Source of the DNA: an uncultured cyanobacterium
GTDB lineage: Bacteria; Cyanobacteriota; Cyanobacteriia; Cyanobacteriales; CAWCAG01
Length of the DNA stretch: 64,000 bases
Direction: 5' to 3'
Assembly: GCA_963793425.1 (NCBI GenBank)
Contig: CAWCAG010000009.1
Location: forward strand, 224,001 to 288,000
Below are positions 21,270 to 31,446 of the stretch, piece by piece. The notes under the pieces were generated by a model. The model did not search any database, had not been told where the DNA came from, and was given only the letters and a program-made list of their open reading frames with translations. How positions within the stretch are numbered: position 1 is the stretch's first letter; each line of letters starts with the position of its first letter. Both the position numbers and the translations under genes were made by a program.

Positions 21270-22275
21270 ATGGGTGATGTAGTTTGGTTACTTGGTTGTT
21301 CTGGGTTGGTCTTTTTAATGCAACCAGGATTCATGTGTTTAGAGTCGGGGTTAACCCGCTCTAAAAATAGCATTAATGTAGCGGTTAAAAACTTAGCTGA
21401 TGTTAGTGTCTCGGTTATTTTATTTTGGGTTTTTGGCTATGCTTTAATGTTTGGGGCTTCTGCTGCGGGTTTTGTAGGTACTGAAGGATTTTTCCTGGAA
21501 ATAGACTCTAGCCCCAAATTAGCAGCCTTCTTTTTATTCCAAGCCATGTTTTGCGGCACTACCACCACCATCGTCTCAGGGGCAGTAGCAGAACGCCTAC
21601 GCTTCAATGCTTATTTAATCATCGCTTTACTTATTTCTGGCATCGTTTATCCCCTTTTTGGTCACTGGGCTTGGAATGGTATAGAGATGGCAAATCCTAC
21701 GGGCTGGTTAGGAAAACTGGGTTTTGTTGATTTTGCTGGTTCAACGGTGGTTCATAGTATTGGTGGTTGGGTATCCCTAGCTGCTTTGTTGGTAATTGGT
21801 CCTCGTAAAGGTCGTTTCAACGCTGGTAAATCCCATAAAATTCATGGTTCCAACCTGCCTTTTTCTGTCTTAGGAGCAATGTTATTGTGGTTAGGCTGGT
21901 TAGGTTTCAACGGTGGTAGCACCTTTGCCCTCAACGAAGAAATTCCCCGATAAATATATCGGCGATGCAATTATGGCTTTATTTAGTACCGAAGCAGACA
22001 ATGCTGTGCAAGCCGCTATTGCCATGTTAGAAACCCTAAAAGATTATAACCAAACCAGACAAAGACCTGATAGAAAACCTTTGAAAATCGGTATTGGCAT
22101 CAATACAGGGTCTTTAATGATTGGTACAGTGGGGGGAGCAAAACGTATGGATAGTACGGTGATTAGTGATGCGGTTAATCTTGCTTCTCGCATCGAAGGC
22201 TTGACAAAAAATTATGGCGTATCTCTATTAATTTCTCAACAAACTTTACTACGCTTAAATAATCCTAGTCAATGA
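21270..22275 (+). pseudogene. amt: Deletion remnant of an ammonium transporter-adenylate/guanylate cyclase fusion
   Basis: N-terminal half of Amt (MQPGF, SGAVAER, DFAGSTVVH, WLGFNGGS) abuts an out-of-frame class III cyclase core (DKYIGDAIMALF, GIGINTG, SDAVNLASRIEG); both halves are truncated. Confidence 0.82.
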
Positions 22276-22393
22276 GTAGGGTTTGAAAACTTATATTCGG
22301 TCGATTTTATCAAGGTACTTTATGAACCGGATTTGGTATTATAAGGCGATCGCAAATTAGATGATGCGATCGCCCCATTAAAGAACAATAGTA

Positions 22394-22711
22394 TTAGTTA
22401 GTTGCTTTTTGACCAGCCCCCCCAGGAGATTTAGTTTTGGCAAAATTAGGAACCATCTCTTCTTCTTCTAAGGGTGCGAACTCAATATGATTGAGTAAGG
22501 TTGTCACAAAAGCAAAGACGAGGAAGGGTAGAGATAATACCAAAATAATCCCTACAGTGGCTAAGGCAAAGATTTGACGAGTGCTACTCCACAGGGCAAG
22601 AGTTGTGGCTAGGGTAAGGAAAATGACGATTAACCAGACAATAATTTGTCCATAAACGTCGCCGAAGCTTAAGGTGCAGATCAAGCGGTACTTAGGAAAT
22701 TCGTTGTCCAT
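22394..22711 (-). CDS. Conserved cyanobacterial two-TM membrane protein
   Basis: CTLSFGDVYGQIIVWL..., 2 hydrophobic helices. Confidence 0.75.
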   Translation of the reverse strand: MDNEFPKYRLICTLSFGDVYGQIIVWLIVIFLTLATTLALWSSTRQIFALATVGIILVLSLPFLVFAFVTTLLNHIEFAPLEEEEMVPNFAKTKSPGGAGQKATN

Positions 22712-22819
22712 AGCTTAATTACTTAACTTTCTTTCTAATTTTGACATTAAGTCATTGAAGAGGTTTCTTGAGAATATCTAAAGGTTTTCTCAAAAAGTTG
22801 CTATGACATAATTAAAAAA

Positions 22820-22906
22820 CGGAGAGGGAGGGATTCGAACCCTCGACACCCTTACAGGTGTAGCAGTTTTCGAGACTGCCGCATTCAACCGCTCTGCCAC
22901 CTCTCC
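22820..22906 (-). tRNA. trnS: tRNA-Ser(CGA)
   Basis: GGAGAGG acceptor, GCAGT-CT-CGA-AA-ACTGC anticodon arm, long variable arm, GGTTCGAATCC T-loop. Confidence 0.96.
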
Positions 22907-22946
22907 AAAGATGTTTAGGTTAATAACATCTTACCTCTTCTTTTAC

Positions 22947-25243
22947 TTATAATCCCGAAGCATCGGCATCAATAACATCTAAATTGCTTTGAAATCCATC
23001 TTCGGGTATCCATTGAACAGCGCCGTTGCGACTTGTCCAATATAACTGAGTTTGTTTTTTAGCTAACTCTTCGGTAATCTCCCTTTCCAAAGTACTAGCA
23101 GAGGCGATTCCCACTTTCGGTTTTAAAAAACTGAGCCAGGTTTTTTTTAAACTGCCCCCAGTCCAGATGATTACTTGAGGAGCAGATTCTGGAGTAAGTT
23201 GTTGTAAGTGTTGTTCAATTTCTCCAATCTGACTATTAAGCTTACTTTGTCCTAAAAGCAACCAGGTTTGATTGCGGATGTTTAGTTGCAAGGCGGGGGG
23301 ATCGGCGCTAATTAACTGCATTACCACTGAACCTATAGCAGTGGGTTGTTTGATGGTGAGGGGTTGAGAGGCGTTTGAGGGGAGAATTTGATTAGCAGTT
23401 TCAGTATAAAAAAAGTTCTCTACGGGAATCTGGGTAAATATTTCCTGCCAACCACTAGTTAAATCGGGTTGAAATTCCAAAGCAACTGCCCAATCTATTT
23501 TGTTGATACCTTCTTGTTGCAGAAAGGGTAGGACTGTAAATAAAGCCGTACTATCATTGCCACTATTAATCAGAGTGACTTTACCCTGATCCTGAATCAC
23601 TAAAACCTGTTCTTCATTTGCTGCTAAGACGGTAACTTGGAATAAGCCTGCTTGTTTTTGGACAATAGGGATAGCGATAATTAAAGCTGCAAATGAAGCA
23701 GCGAGCCACCAACGACGCTGAAGCCATTTGTTGTAAAAGACGAAGATGATTGCACCGTAAAGTAGTAAAACAGAAGCAAGAGAAATGCTACCTACCGCGC
23801 GGGTACTTCCTGGTAAGTTAGTGAAAAATTCGACTATGGCAATGAGGAAATGGAGCGGGTAATAAAGTAAGGAGGCGGCAGAGGTTCCGGCAGTGGGTAC
23901 TAAAGAAGCAATTAAAGCACTTACCATCCCCCCCAAACTAACTAAGGCTACTATTGGGGCAGTAATAATATTAACGGCAATACTATAAGTGGCAACCACG
24001 TTGAAATAATAAAGTTGCAAAGGCAGAACCCAAGGAAAAATTGCCAGGGGAACGGAGATAATTGAAGCGATGGTTAAGGGTAGCCAATCTAGCTTTTTAA
24101 TCAGGGGGGGGAGAGTGACAATTAAACCTAGGGTAGCGAGGAAACTTAACTGGAAACCAACATCAGCGATCCAAGTTGGTTGCCATAATAATAAAAATAT
24201 GGCTGCTAATAAGAGGGAACCTAATTGCCTCACTTTCCTTTGAGTTAATAGGGCAATCAAAGCACCAACCCCCATAATCAAAGCCCGCATGACAGAAGGC
24301 TGACATCCCGTTAAACCAACGTAAATAAATAAGGTAGTTAGGGCAATGATAAATTGCGATTCCACTTTTAAACCGCGAGTTAAGCCTAAAACCACACCTA
24401 AAATTAAAGAAACATGAAAGCCAGAAGCCGCTAAAACATGGGCTAAACCCGCTTTAATAAATAAGTCACTAATATCTTTGGGTAAATCAACTGCCCGCCG
24501 CCCCAAAACAATGGAACTAAGTAACAAACCTTCCGGACTTCCCAAAGAAGCCACTTGTACCTGATTAATACGTTGCCGTAATCGCCATAAACCCCAATCC
24601 TTCTCTTTACTGACTTCCGGGAAAATAACCTGCTTACCATTCAAACCAGCAAAAATCCCTTGACGGGCTAAGTAAGCTTGAAAATCAAATGCCCCCGGAT
24701 TTAAAGGGGGTTGAGGGGTATATAAACTCCCAGTTATATATAAAATTTGCTGAGGATGTATTCCCGTCCCTTGGAGTAAAGGGACTGTGACATACAACTT
24801 CCCTCCCACCCCTCGATTCACCGCCTTTTCACCTTCTTTGCCCTCAACTTCATTAACCCTTTGGGCCGCCAATAAAAACTGCGATCGCTGACTACGAGTA
24901 GTACGAGGAGAAGTTAAAACTCTACCTTGCACCGTAACTAACTGTTCTTTTTGAGGAACTAATTTGCTAACATCATTTCCCACTGGTTGAGGGATTCTCA
25001 GTTGCAAATAAATCACTGCGATCGCTGCAACTAACCCCGCAACTATCCAAATACCTTTTTTCGGCCAGTTTTCCACACTTTTGGTACAAGGGCCGTCATC
25101 ACAATACCCAGTACCATAAACCCAAAACCTACACCTCCGATAGTTAACCAAGAGCCGAAGTTAGGAGCAAAGTTAATGCCTGCACTGATGAGGAGTCCAG
25201 TTATGTAGGCAAGACAAATAATGGTAGTGCTTTTACGATTCAT
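22947..25243 (-). CDS. comEC: ComEC/Rec2 competence protein, one-base frameshift near 25064
   Basis: DUF4131/OB region, AHVLAASGFHV, GFQLSFLAT; N-terminal ORF 25043-25243 joins as ...WKTGPKKGIW if one C is restored. Confidence 0.88.
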
Positions 25244-25370
25244 TTAATCAGTTTTTATCTGGATAGATGCCCTTTACTTGTAATGCCTAAGCCCTAATAA
25301 TTGCAACTAATTAATTGGTAAAATTTATACAGAACCAAATCGAATCTTTGTAACCTATACCGATTTGGTG

Positions 25371-25604
25371 TTAATTGGTTTTCTCTTTAGCAGCACAAGG
25401 ATTTTCCTTACCAGAACAAGGATTAGTTTTCTCTTTAGCAGCACAAGGATTCTCTTGACCAGAACAAGGGTTAGCCTTTTCTGTTGTTGCATCCTCTTCA
25501 GTGCTATTTTTGGTTTTCGCCCCACAGGGATTAGCACAGGCAGTTACCATACCAACACTTAATATAGAAGCAGCAGCAAGAGTAGCAAAATACTTGATTT
25601 TCAT
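25371..25604 (-). CDS. Small lipoprotein with five Asn-Pro-Cys motifs
   Basis: Signal peptide + VTA-C lipobox; 16-aa (48-bp) tandem duplication NPCSG(Q/K)ENPCAAKEKT. Confidence 0.8.
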   Translation of the reverse strand: MKIKYFATLAAASILSVGMVTACANPCGAKTKNSTEEDATTEKANPCSGQENPCAAKEKTNPCSGKENPCAAKEKTN

Positions 25605-25669
25605 AACAATTTTTCTCTTCAGACATATGACAATTTGTCTTTAATTAAAGCTATCCAGCTTAATTTTTC

Positions 25670-25763
25670 CTGAGAACAAACTGGGGAAAGGCTGAGAATT
25701 TTTCAATTACTTTTTTGAACAGTCATTACAAAAATATCAATTATTTTCTCAGCTAAAATTCAG
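25670..25763. promoter_or_regulatory. OmpR-type direct-repeat operators in the divergent promoter region
   Basis: CTGAGAA/CTGGGGA/CTGAGAA at 25670/25681/25692 (11-bp period); inverted pair TTCTCAG/AATTCAG at 25746/25757. Confidence 0.55.
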
Positions 25764-25881
25764 AAACCAATTAGCGGAGAATAATCTTTATTTTCTATTT
25801 TCCGTTAAATTGAAAAGAATCATTAGCTAATTAATAATTGATAATTTAAGTCATGGGACTCAACAAAATTTGGTATGAACA

Positions 25882-26499
25882 ATGACTGATTACTACCGAG
25901 ATTGGCTAGTAAATAATCAAGGGAATTGTCTGGCTTATGAAGCACTAGAGGATCATCAAGAGACTAATAAACCCTATCGTCTCTATCGTTTTTTAACAGA
26001 TTTAGAAAATATCCTTGAAGAAATTCCCGCAAATAGTCAAAGACTCAAAGCAATTACACCTTTAGTTCGTCGTTTACTAAGTAATTCTTATTGGTTACAA
26101 GGAGAATATCTAGAGCCAGATCCTGAGCAAGGTTGGTCTGTATTAATGCTTTACGATGAACCTAATTTTCCTTTAACAATTCAAACTGTAGTTTGGCTCC
26201 CCGGAAGAGTTTCTCCTCTTCATAATCATGGCACTTGGGGGTTAGTCGCTTTAATTAAGGGTCAGGAAAAGAATACTTTTTGGCAGCGAAATGGAGAAGC
26301 AGAATTTCCTGATCAATTGTCTCAAGTTGGAGAGCAGGTTTTAGCTCCGGGAGATATCATTAGTTTTTTACCAGATGCAATTCATGGGGTAGAAGCTTTA
26401 GGTGAAGAGCCGACAGTTACTTTCAATATTTATGGGGAAACAGATTATGAAAATCGCTTTGAGTTTGATATTAAAAGCAATACAGCAACTAAATTTTAA
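25882..26499 (+). CDS. Cysteine-dioxygenase-like cupin
   Basis: WLPGRVSPLHNHGTWG...DAIHGVEA...TFNIYG (3-His cupin). Confidence 0.85.
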   Translation: MTDYYRDWLVNNQGNCLAYEALEDHQETNKPYRLYRFLTDLENILEEIPANSQRLKAITPLVRRLLSNSYWLQGEYLEPDPEQGWSVLMLYDEPNFPLTIQTVVWLPGRVSPLHNHGTWGLVALIKGQEKNTFWQRNGEAEFPDQLSQVGEQVLAPGDIISFLPDAIHGVEALGEEPTVTFNIYGETDYENRFEFDIKSNTATKF

Positions 26500-26510
26500 T
26501 CAATAACAAA

Positions 26511-27944
26511 ATGACCTTTTTTAGCAGTCTACGCTCAATTATCAATCAAATTAAATATCAAGGTGATCCTCGCTCTTTGAGATTACGATTAACAGTCGGA
26601 ATGGTAGCCTTTTCTGCTTTAGGAATTGGGGGAGTTGCTCTGTGGACTAGCTGGAAAATACAAGATATTTTAGTTACTACCCATAAGAAAAATCTAGTTT
26701 ATGTTGCTGAACGCTTCCCAGAGGATGTCGAAGCTTATAGCGAAATGCTCACTAGGAAAACTGCTCTTAGGAAAGCTATTGATAATATTGATAGCAAGAA
26801 TGTCTTAATTTGGGTTGAGCAGAATGGTAAAATTATTGCTAGGTCGCAGGCTCTCCAAACAACGGCCAAAAAAGATGCTTTAGTTTCGCGCTCCCCTATT
26901 GCTGCTATTCCTAAAGTTTATGAAGTTCAAGGAAGTTATTGGGTAATTTGTAGTACTCCTTTGCAGGTAAAAAATGCTCAAGTTGGAGAATTTTATCTGG
27001 CTCAAGATATTACCGAAGACCAAATTATGTTTTGGAATATGATTTCTAGTTTGTGTCTTGCTAGCTTCCTTGCCCTGACTATTATCACCTTAGCAATAGC
27101 GTTCTATATTCAACGTTCCCTTCAACCCTTAAAGAGAATGAGCCAGCTAACAGAAACAGTTTCGGCTGACCATTTAGGAGAAGTACAATTACATCTAGAA
27201 AATGCCCCTAGTGAAGTTAGGGAATTAGCCCAAACCTTTGAACAAATGTTAATACGACTTGATCGGGCTTGGGAACAACAAAGGCAATTTGTCAGCAATG
27301 TTTCCCATGAATTGCGTACTCCTTTAACCATCGTTTCTGGTTATTTACAAAGTACTTTACGTCGGGGAGATAATCTCCGGGAACTTCAAAGGGAAGCTTT
27401 AGAAATTGCCTCTTCTGAAGCAGATCGTACCATTCAACTTTTACAAGACTTACTAGATTTAGCTAGGGCTGATAGTGGTTACTTATCCTTCAAGCTAGAA
27501 CCATTAACAGTCAATAATTTAGTGGCAGAAATTGTTGCTATGGCCAAACAATATAGTAACCGAGAAATTGAGATCAAGCCTCTCAGTGAAAATATTGAGG
27601 TAAAAGCAGATAGAGATAGACTCAAACAAGTACTCCTTAACCTCATTGATAACGCGGTTAAATATTCCGACAACTCCCAGCCTGTAAAGGTTGTCTTAGA
27701 AAGACTCAAAGATCAAGCTACTATCCAAATCTGCGATCGCGGCCCAGGTATATCTCTCCAACATCAAGTGCGTATTTTTGAGCGTTTTTATCGCATTGAT
27801 GAAGCCCGTTGCCGCTCTACTGGCGGTACTGGCTTAGGCTTATCCATCGTTAAGACGTTGGTTGAGGGGATGGGGGGTTCTGTTTCTGTCCGCTCGAATC
27901 CTGGTCAAGGAAGCACATTTACTGTAACTTTACTTTTAGTTTAA
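26511..27944 (+). CDS. Membrane HAMP sensor histidine kinase
   Basis: 2 TM, HAMP, SHELRTPL, NLIDNAVKY, DRGPG, GTGLGL. Confidence 0.93.
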   Translation: MTFFSSLRSIINQIKYQGDPRSLRLRLTVGMVAFSALGIGGVALWTSWKIQDILVTTHKKNLVYVAERFPEDVEAYSEMLTRKTALRKAIDNIDSKNVLIWVEQNGKIIARSQALQTTAKKDALVSRSPIAAIPKVYEVQGSYWVICSTPLQVKNAQVGEFYLAQDITEDQIMFWNMISSLCLASFLALTIITLAIAFYIQRSLQPLKRMSQLTETVSADHLGEVQLHLENAPSEVRELAQTFEQMLIRLDRAWEQQRQFVSNVSHELRTPLTIVSGYLQSTLRRGDNLRELQREALEIASSEADRTIQLLQDLLDLARADSGYLSFKLEPLTVNNLVAEIVAMAKQYSNREIEIKPLSENIEVKADRDRLKQVLLNLIDNAVKYSDNSQPVKVVLERLKDQATIQICDRGPGISLQHQVRIFERFYRIDEARCRSTGGTGLGLSIVKTLVEGMGGSVSVRSNPGQGSTFTVTLLLV

Positions 27945-28331
27945 TTCTCGTATTTACCCACAAAGTTATTATCGGATACATAAGTATATTTTGTGATGAT
28001 ATAAGATAAATTACGTCAAACTAATCAACAAACTTTTTATGACCGTTATCTTACTAAATTAGAGGCTTTCAAGGCTTTAATGATTAGTTTTAACACCCCT
28101 GATTACGCAAGATAATGTTATTAAAATTACATTTATTTACAAAATCAAGGTACACATACCGATAGTAATGTTATGGTGTATTTTGTGTTCAATTTCCTAT
28201 TCAATTTGGCTTGGTAGTTTTTTCTTTTGGTCAAAGAAGAAATTCAGCTTTTCTTTGGTCTATCCGGGGTGTAGAGAATAAGTTTTAGCTAGCCTTCAAA
28301 TTATTTGCTCGTTAGCTAATCAGTAACTTTT

Positions 28332-30434
28332 TTGGCTTTGAACTCTACAGCTTTGAGGTTTATGTTAATGAGCTTTATTTTAAACCAACTCTTAAAGACG
28401 TGCAAAATTGATTACGCTCTAGTAAGCAAAGATTTAATAATTCAGAAAACTTCTCCTCAAGCACGGCGTTTTGCAGATCATGGTACTCATATGAAGCCAG
28501 GAGAGAATTTATCTTTAGCTATTCCTGAACTATTTGGTTTAGAAGGAATATTTGAAGATATTTTACTAGGTAAACGTGACTGTTTCGAGTTAAAAAGTAT
28601 TGCTCGGCATCAAGATGATTCCCCTAGTTTATATTTTGATTTATCTATAGTAACAGGAGTTGAAGACTGCAACTCTGAACAGCAAATTCTGATTTTTTTT
28701 GTCGAAGCTACAGAAAAAATTGCCATGCAGCAAGCCTTAGTACAAAGAACTAATGAAGCTTACTTACTTTTAAGTCAGTTAACTTCAGCGAAAGATTATA
28801 TTGATAAAGTAGTTGATCATATTGCAGATTCTCTATTAATTACTAATTCTCAAGGATATATTAAGAAAGTTAATCGAGCCGCTCAAATAATGTTTGGCTA
28901 TAGCGAGGAAGAATTACAACAGAAACATCTTACCTATCTTTTTAAAGATCAAGCTATAGAAGAACAAATTCAACAATATGCAGAGACAGAACAAACTTTC
29001 CTAGAAGTTAATTGTCAAAACAAGCAAGAGGAAAATTTTAATATTGCTTTTTCTCGTGCTTCTTTTTTAAGTGAAACAGAAGAAGAAGCTTTTATTTATA
29101 TTGGTCGAGATATCACTGCTAAAAAACATAGAGAAAAGGCCATCGCTCAACTTAATACAGAACTATCTCAAAAAGTTGAAACTAAAACCGCCCAGATGCA
29201 AAAAACCATGACTAAATTAGAGATTGAAGTGGCTGAACGCCAGCGTACAGAAGCTCGTTTGAGTAGTTTGCTAAACTCTCTTCAAGATGTAGTTTGGTCT
29301 ATGTCTGCCCCCAATTTTCAGCTTCTCTATCTTAACCCCGCCGCTGAGAAGCTGTATGGTTACTCTGTAAAGGATTTTTACGCTGATCCCCAGTTATGGT
29401 TAGATGTGATTCATCCTGAAGATCGCGAGAAATTAACTCATTTTTTACCAACTATTTTGACAGAAAGCCAGGGAGAAATTGAGTATCGTATTGTTCATGC
29501 CACTGGCAAAGTTTGTTGGCTTCGTAATCGAGGTTGGTTGATTATTGATAAGTTTAATCGAGAAATGCGTATTGACGGCATTATTACTAATATTACTGAG
29601 CGCAAACATTCAGATGCTTTAAATAGAGCCAAGCTAGTTCAAAGTGAAAAGATGTCTAGCTTAGGTATGATGGTGGCAGGCTTTGCCCACGAAATTAATA
29701 ATCCTTTGAGTTTTGTCTATAGTAATCTTGATTATGTGAAAAGCTATACAGAAGACCTTTTAGAATTAATTACTACCTATCAAGAATTAAATACAGCAGA
29801 TGAGACGATCATTAATCAAAAAAAATCAGAGCTAGAATTTGACTTTATTAAAGAAGACTTACCAAGAATTTTCCAATCTATGGCATCAGGGGCTAGTCGC
29901 ATTCGCAATTTAGTTTTGAGTTTGCGTAACTTTTCCCGCTTAGATGAATCAGCCATGAAATCTGTAGATATTCATGAAGGTATTGATAGTACTTTAACCC
30001 TACTACAACCACATTTGAGAGGGAAAGGAAACCATCGGGGCATTCAAATTAGCAAAGATTATGGTAATTTACCAAAGATTCTTTGCTATCCTAGCAGCCT
30101 TAACCAAGTATTTATCAACATTATCACCAATGCTATTGAAGCCTTTAAATTAATTGAGCGGCAAAACCATAATCCTGAAATTAAGATTTCTACTAGCCTG
30201 AGCAAATCCCGTTCTGCTTGTATTAAAATTGCGGATAATGGTCCTGGCATGACTCAAGATGTCTTAGATAAAATCTTTGATCCCTTCTTTACTACCAAAC
30301 CAATAGGCTCTGGAACAGGACTAGGTTTATTAATTAGCTACTCAATTATTGTAGAATCTCATAAAGGTTGTATTTACTGTAATTCTGCTCCTGGAAAAGG
30401 TTCAGAATTCGTGATTAAATTACCTTTAAGCTAG
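28332..30434 (+). CDS. Multi-PAS sensor histidine kinase
   Basis: Two PAS/PAC domains, AHEINNP, DNGPG, FDPFFTTKPIGSGTGLGL. Confidence 0.9.
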   Translation: MALNSTALRFMLMSFILNQLLKTCKIDYALVSKDLIIQKTSPQARRFADHGTHMKPGENLSLAIPELFGLEGIFEDILLGKRDCFELKSIARHQDDSPSLYFDLSIVTGVEDCNSEQQILIFFVEATEKIAMQQALVQRTNEAYLLLSQLTSAKDYIDKVVDHIADSLLITNSQGYIKKVNRAAQIMFGYSEEELQQKHLTYLFKDQAIEEQIQQYAETEQTFLEVNCQNKQEENFNIAFSRASFLSETEEEAFIYIGRDITAKKHREKAIAQLNTELSQKVETKTAQMQKTMTKLEIEVAERQRTEARLSSLLNSLQDVVWSMSAPNFQLLYLNPAAEKLYGYSVKDFYADPQLWLDVIHPEDREKLTHFLPTILTESQGEIEYRIVHATGKVCWLRNRGWLIIDKFNREMRIDGIITNITERKHSDALNRAKLVQSEKMSSLGMMVAGFAHEINNPLSFVYSNLDYVKSYTEDLLELITTYQELNTADETIINQKKSELEFDFIKEDLPRIFQSMASGASRIRNLVLSLRNFSRLDESAMKSVDIHEGIDSTLTLLQPHLRGKGNHRGIQISKDYGNLPKILCYPSSLNQVFINIITNAIEAFKLIERQNHNPEIKISTSLSKSRSACIKIADNGPGMTQDVLDKIFDPFFTTKPIGSGTGLGLLISYSIIVESHKGCIYCNSAPGKGSEFVIKLPLS

Positions 30435-30464
30435 ATAAATTGTTTGTGGGTTATGCTCAAATAA

Positions 30465-31154
30465 TTGTTGATGAAAATCCTTTTAGTTGATGATGAGGCG
30501 GAATTAACTAAACCATTAACCCAGGTATTGTCCCAGGAAGGCTATCAAATAGATGTGGCTGATAATGGGGAGGTGGGAATTAGTTTGGTACAAAAAAATG
30601 ATTACGATCTACTGATCTTAGACTGGATGTTACCCCAATATTCTGGATTAGAGATTTGCCAAAAACTGCGCTCCCAAGGGAATACTACACCTGTGCTTTT
30701 TCTCACCGCCAAAGATACCATAGATGACCGGGTAATCGGTTTGGATGCTGGAGCTGATGATTATTTAGTTAAACCTTTTGAACTACGAGAACTATTAGCT
30801 AGAGTTCGGGCATTGCTGAGACGTTCTCCTGGCTTAGATTCCTCTTCTACAATGCCCCGTCTCCAAGTCGCTGATTTAGAATTAGAACGAGAGAATCAAT
30901 TAGCTTATCGACAAGGAAGGGTGATTGAACTTTCGCAAAAAGAAGTGAAGTTACTGGAGTATTTTATGGGTCATCCTGGCCAGTTGCTGACTCATAAACA
31001 TATCTATCACTATCTTTGGTCAGAAACAGAACAACCCAACAGTAATGTTTTGGCTGCCTTAGTACGTCTTTTACGCCGCAAAGTTGAAGCTAAAGGAGAA
31101 CAACCTTTAATTCATACTGTGTATGGTAAAGGCTATCGTTTTGGAGATTGTTAA
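30465..31154 (+). CDS. OmpR-family response regulator
   Basis: LLVDDE, LDWMLP, KPF, HTVYGKGY winged helix. Confidence 0.93.
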   Translation: MLMKILLVDDEAELTKPLTQVLSQEGYQIDVADNGEVGISLVQKNDYDLLILDWMLPQYSGLEICQKLRSQGNTTPVLFLTAKDTIDDRVIGLDAGADDYLVKPFELRELLARVRALLRRSPGLDSSSTMPRLQVADLELERENQLAYRQGRVIELSQKEVKLLEYFMGHPGQLLTHKHIYHYLWSETEQPNSNVLAALVRLLRRKVEAKGEQPLIHTVYGKGYRFGDC

Positions 31155-31446
31155 TCTCTAGTTACGAACTTTCCTGTCCTTGTTGAGTTTGGATTGTTTG
31201 TCGCTGAACAAGGTTTCGAGGGTTACAGCAAAGTAGGTTACATAACCCATTAAAAATAAAAGTCCTAGCATAAGTCTTACCTCCGCTTTTGATTTTTAGT
31301 TCCATTCGTGGATACATCCGAATAGTTTTCTTTTCCGGATATTTTCTCTAGCAAAGGTGCTAGTAATTGGATTAACATCCAAATCCTATCTTAAGGCCCT
31401 AATCAAGATTTTGGTTTTTATAACCAGGAAATTAAATAATTTCTTT

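Noticed and set aside
22820..22906. tRNA-Ser as an integration site for an island
   Set aside because: No duplicated tRNA 3' end or integrase was found in the window.
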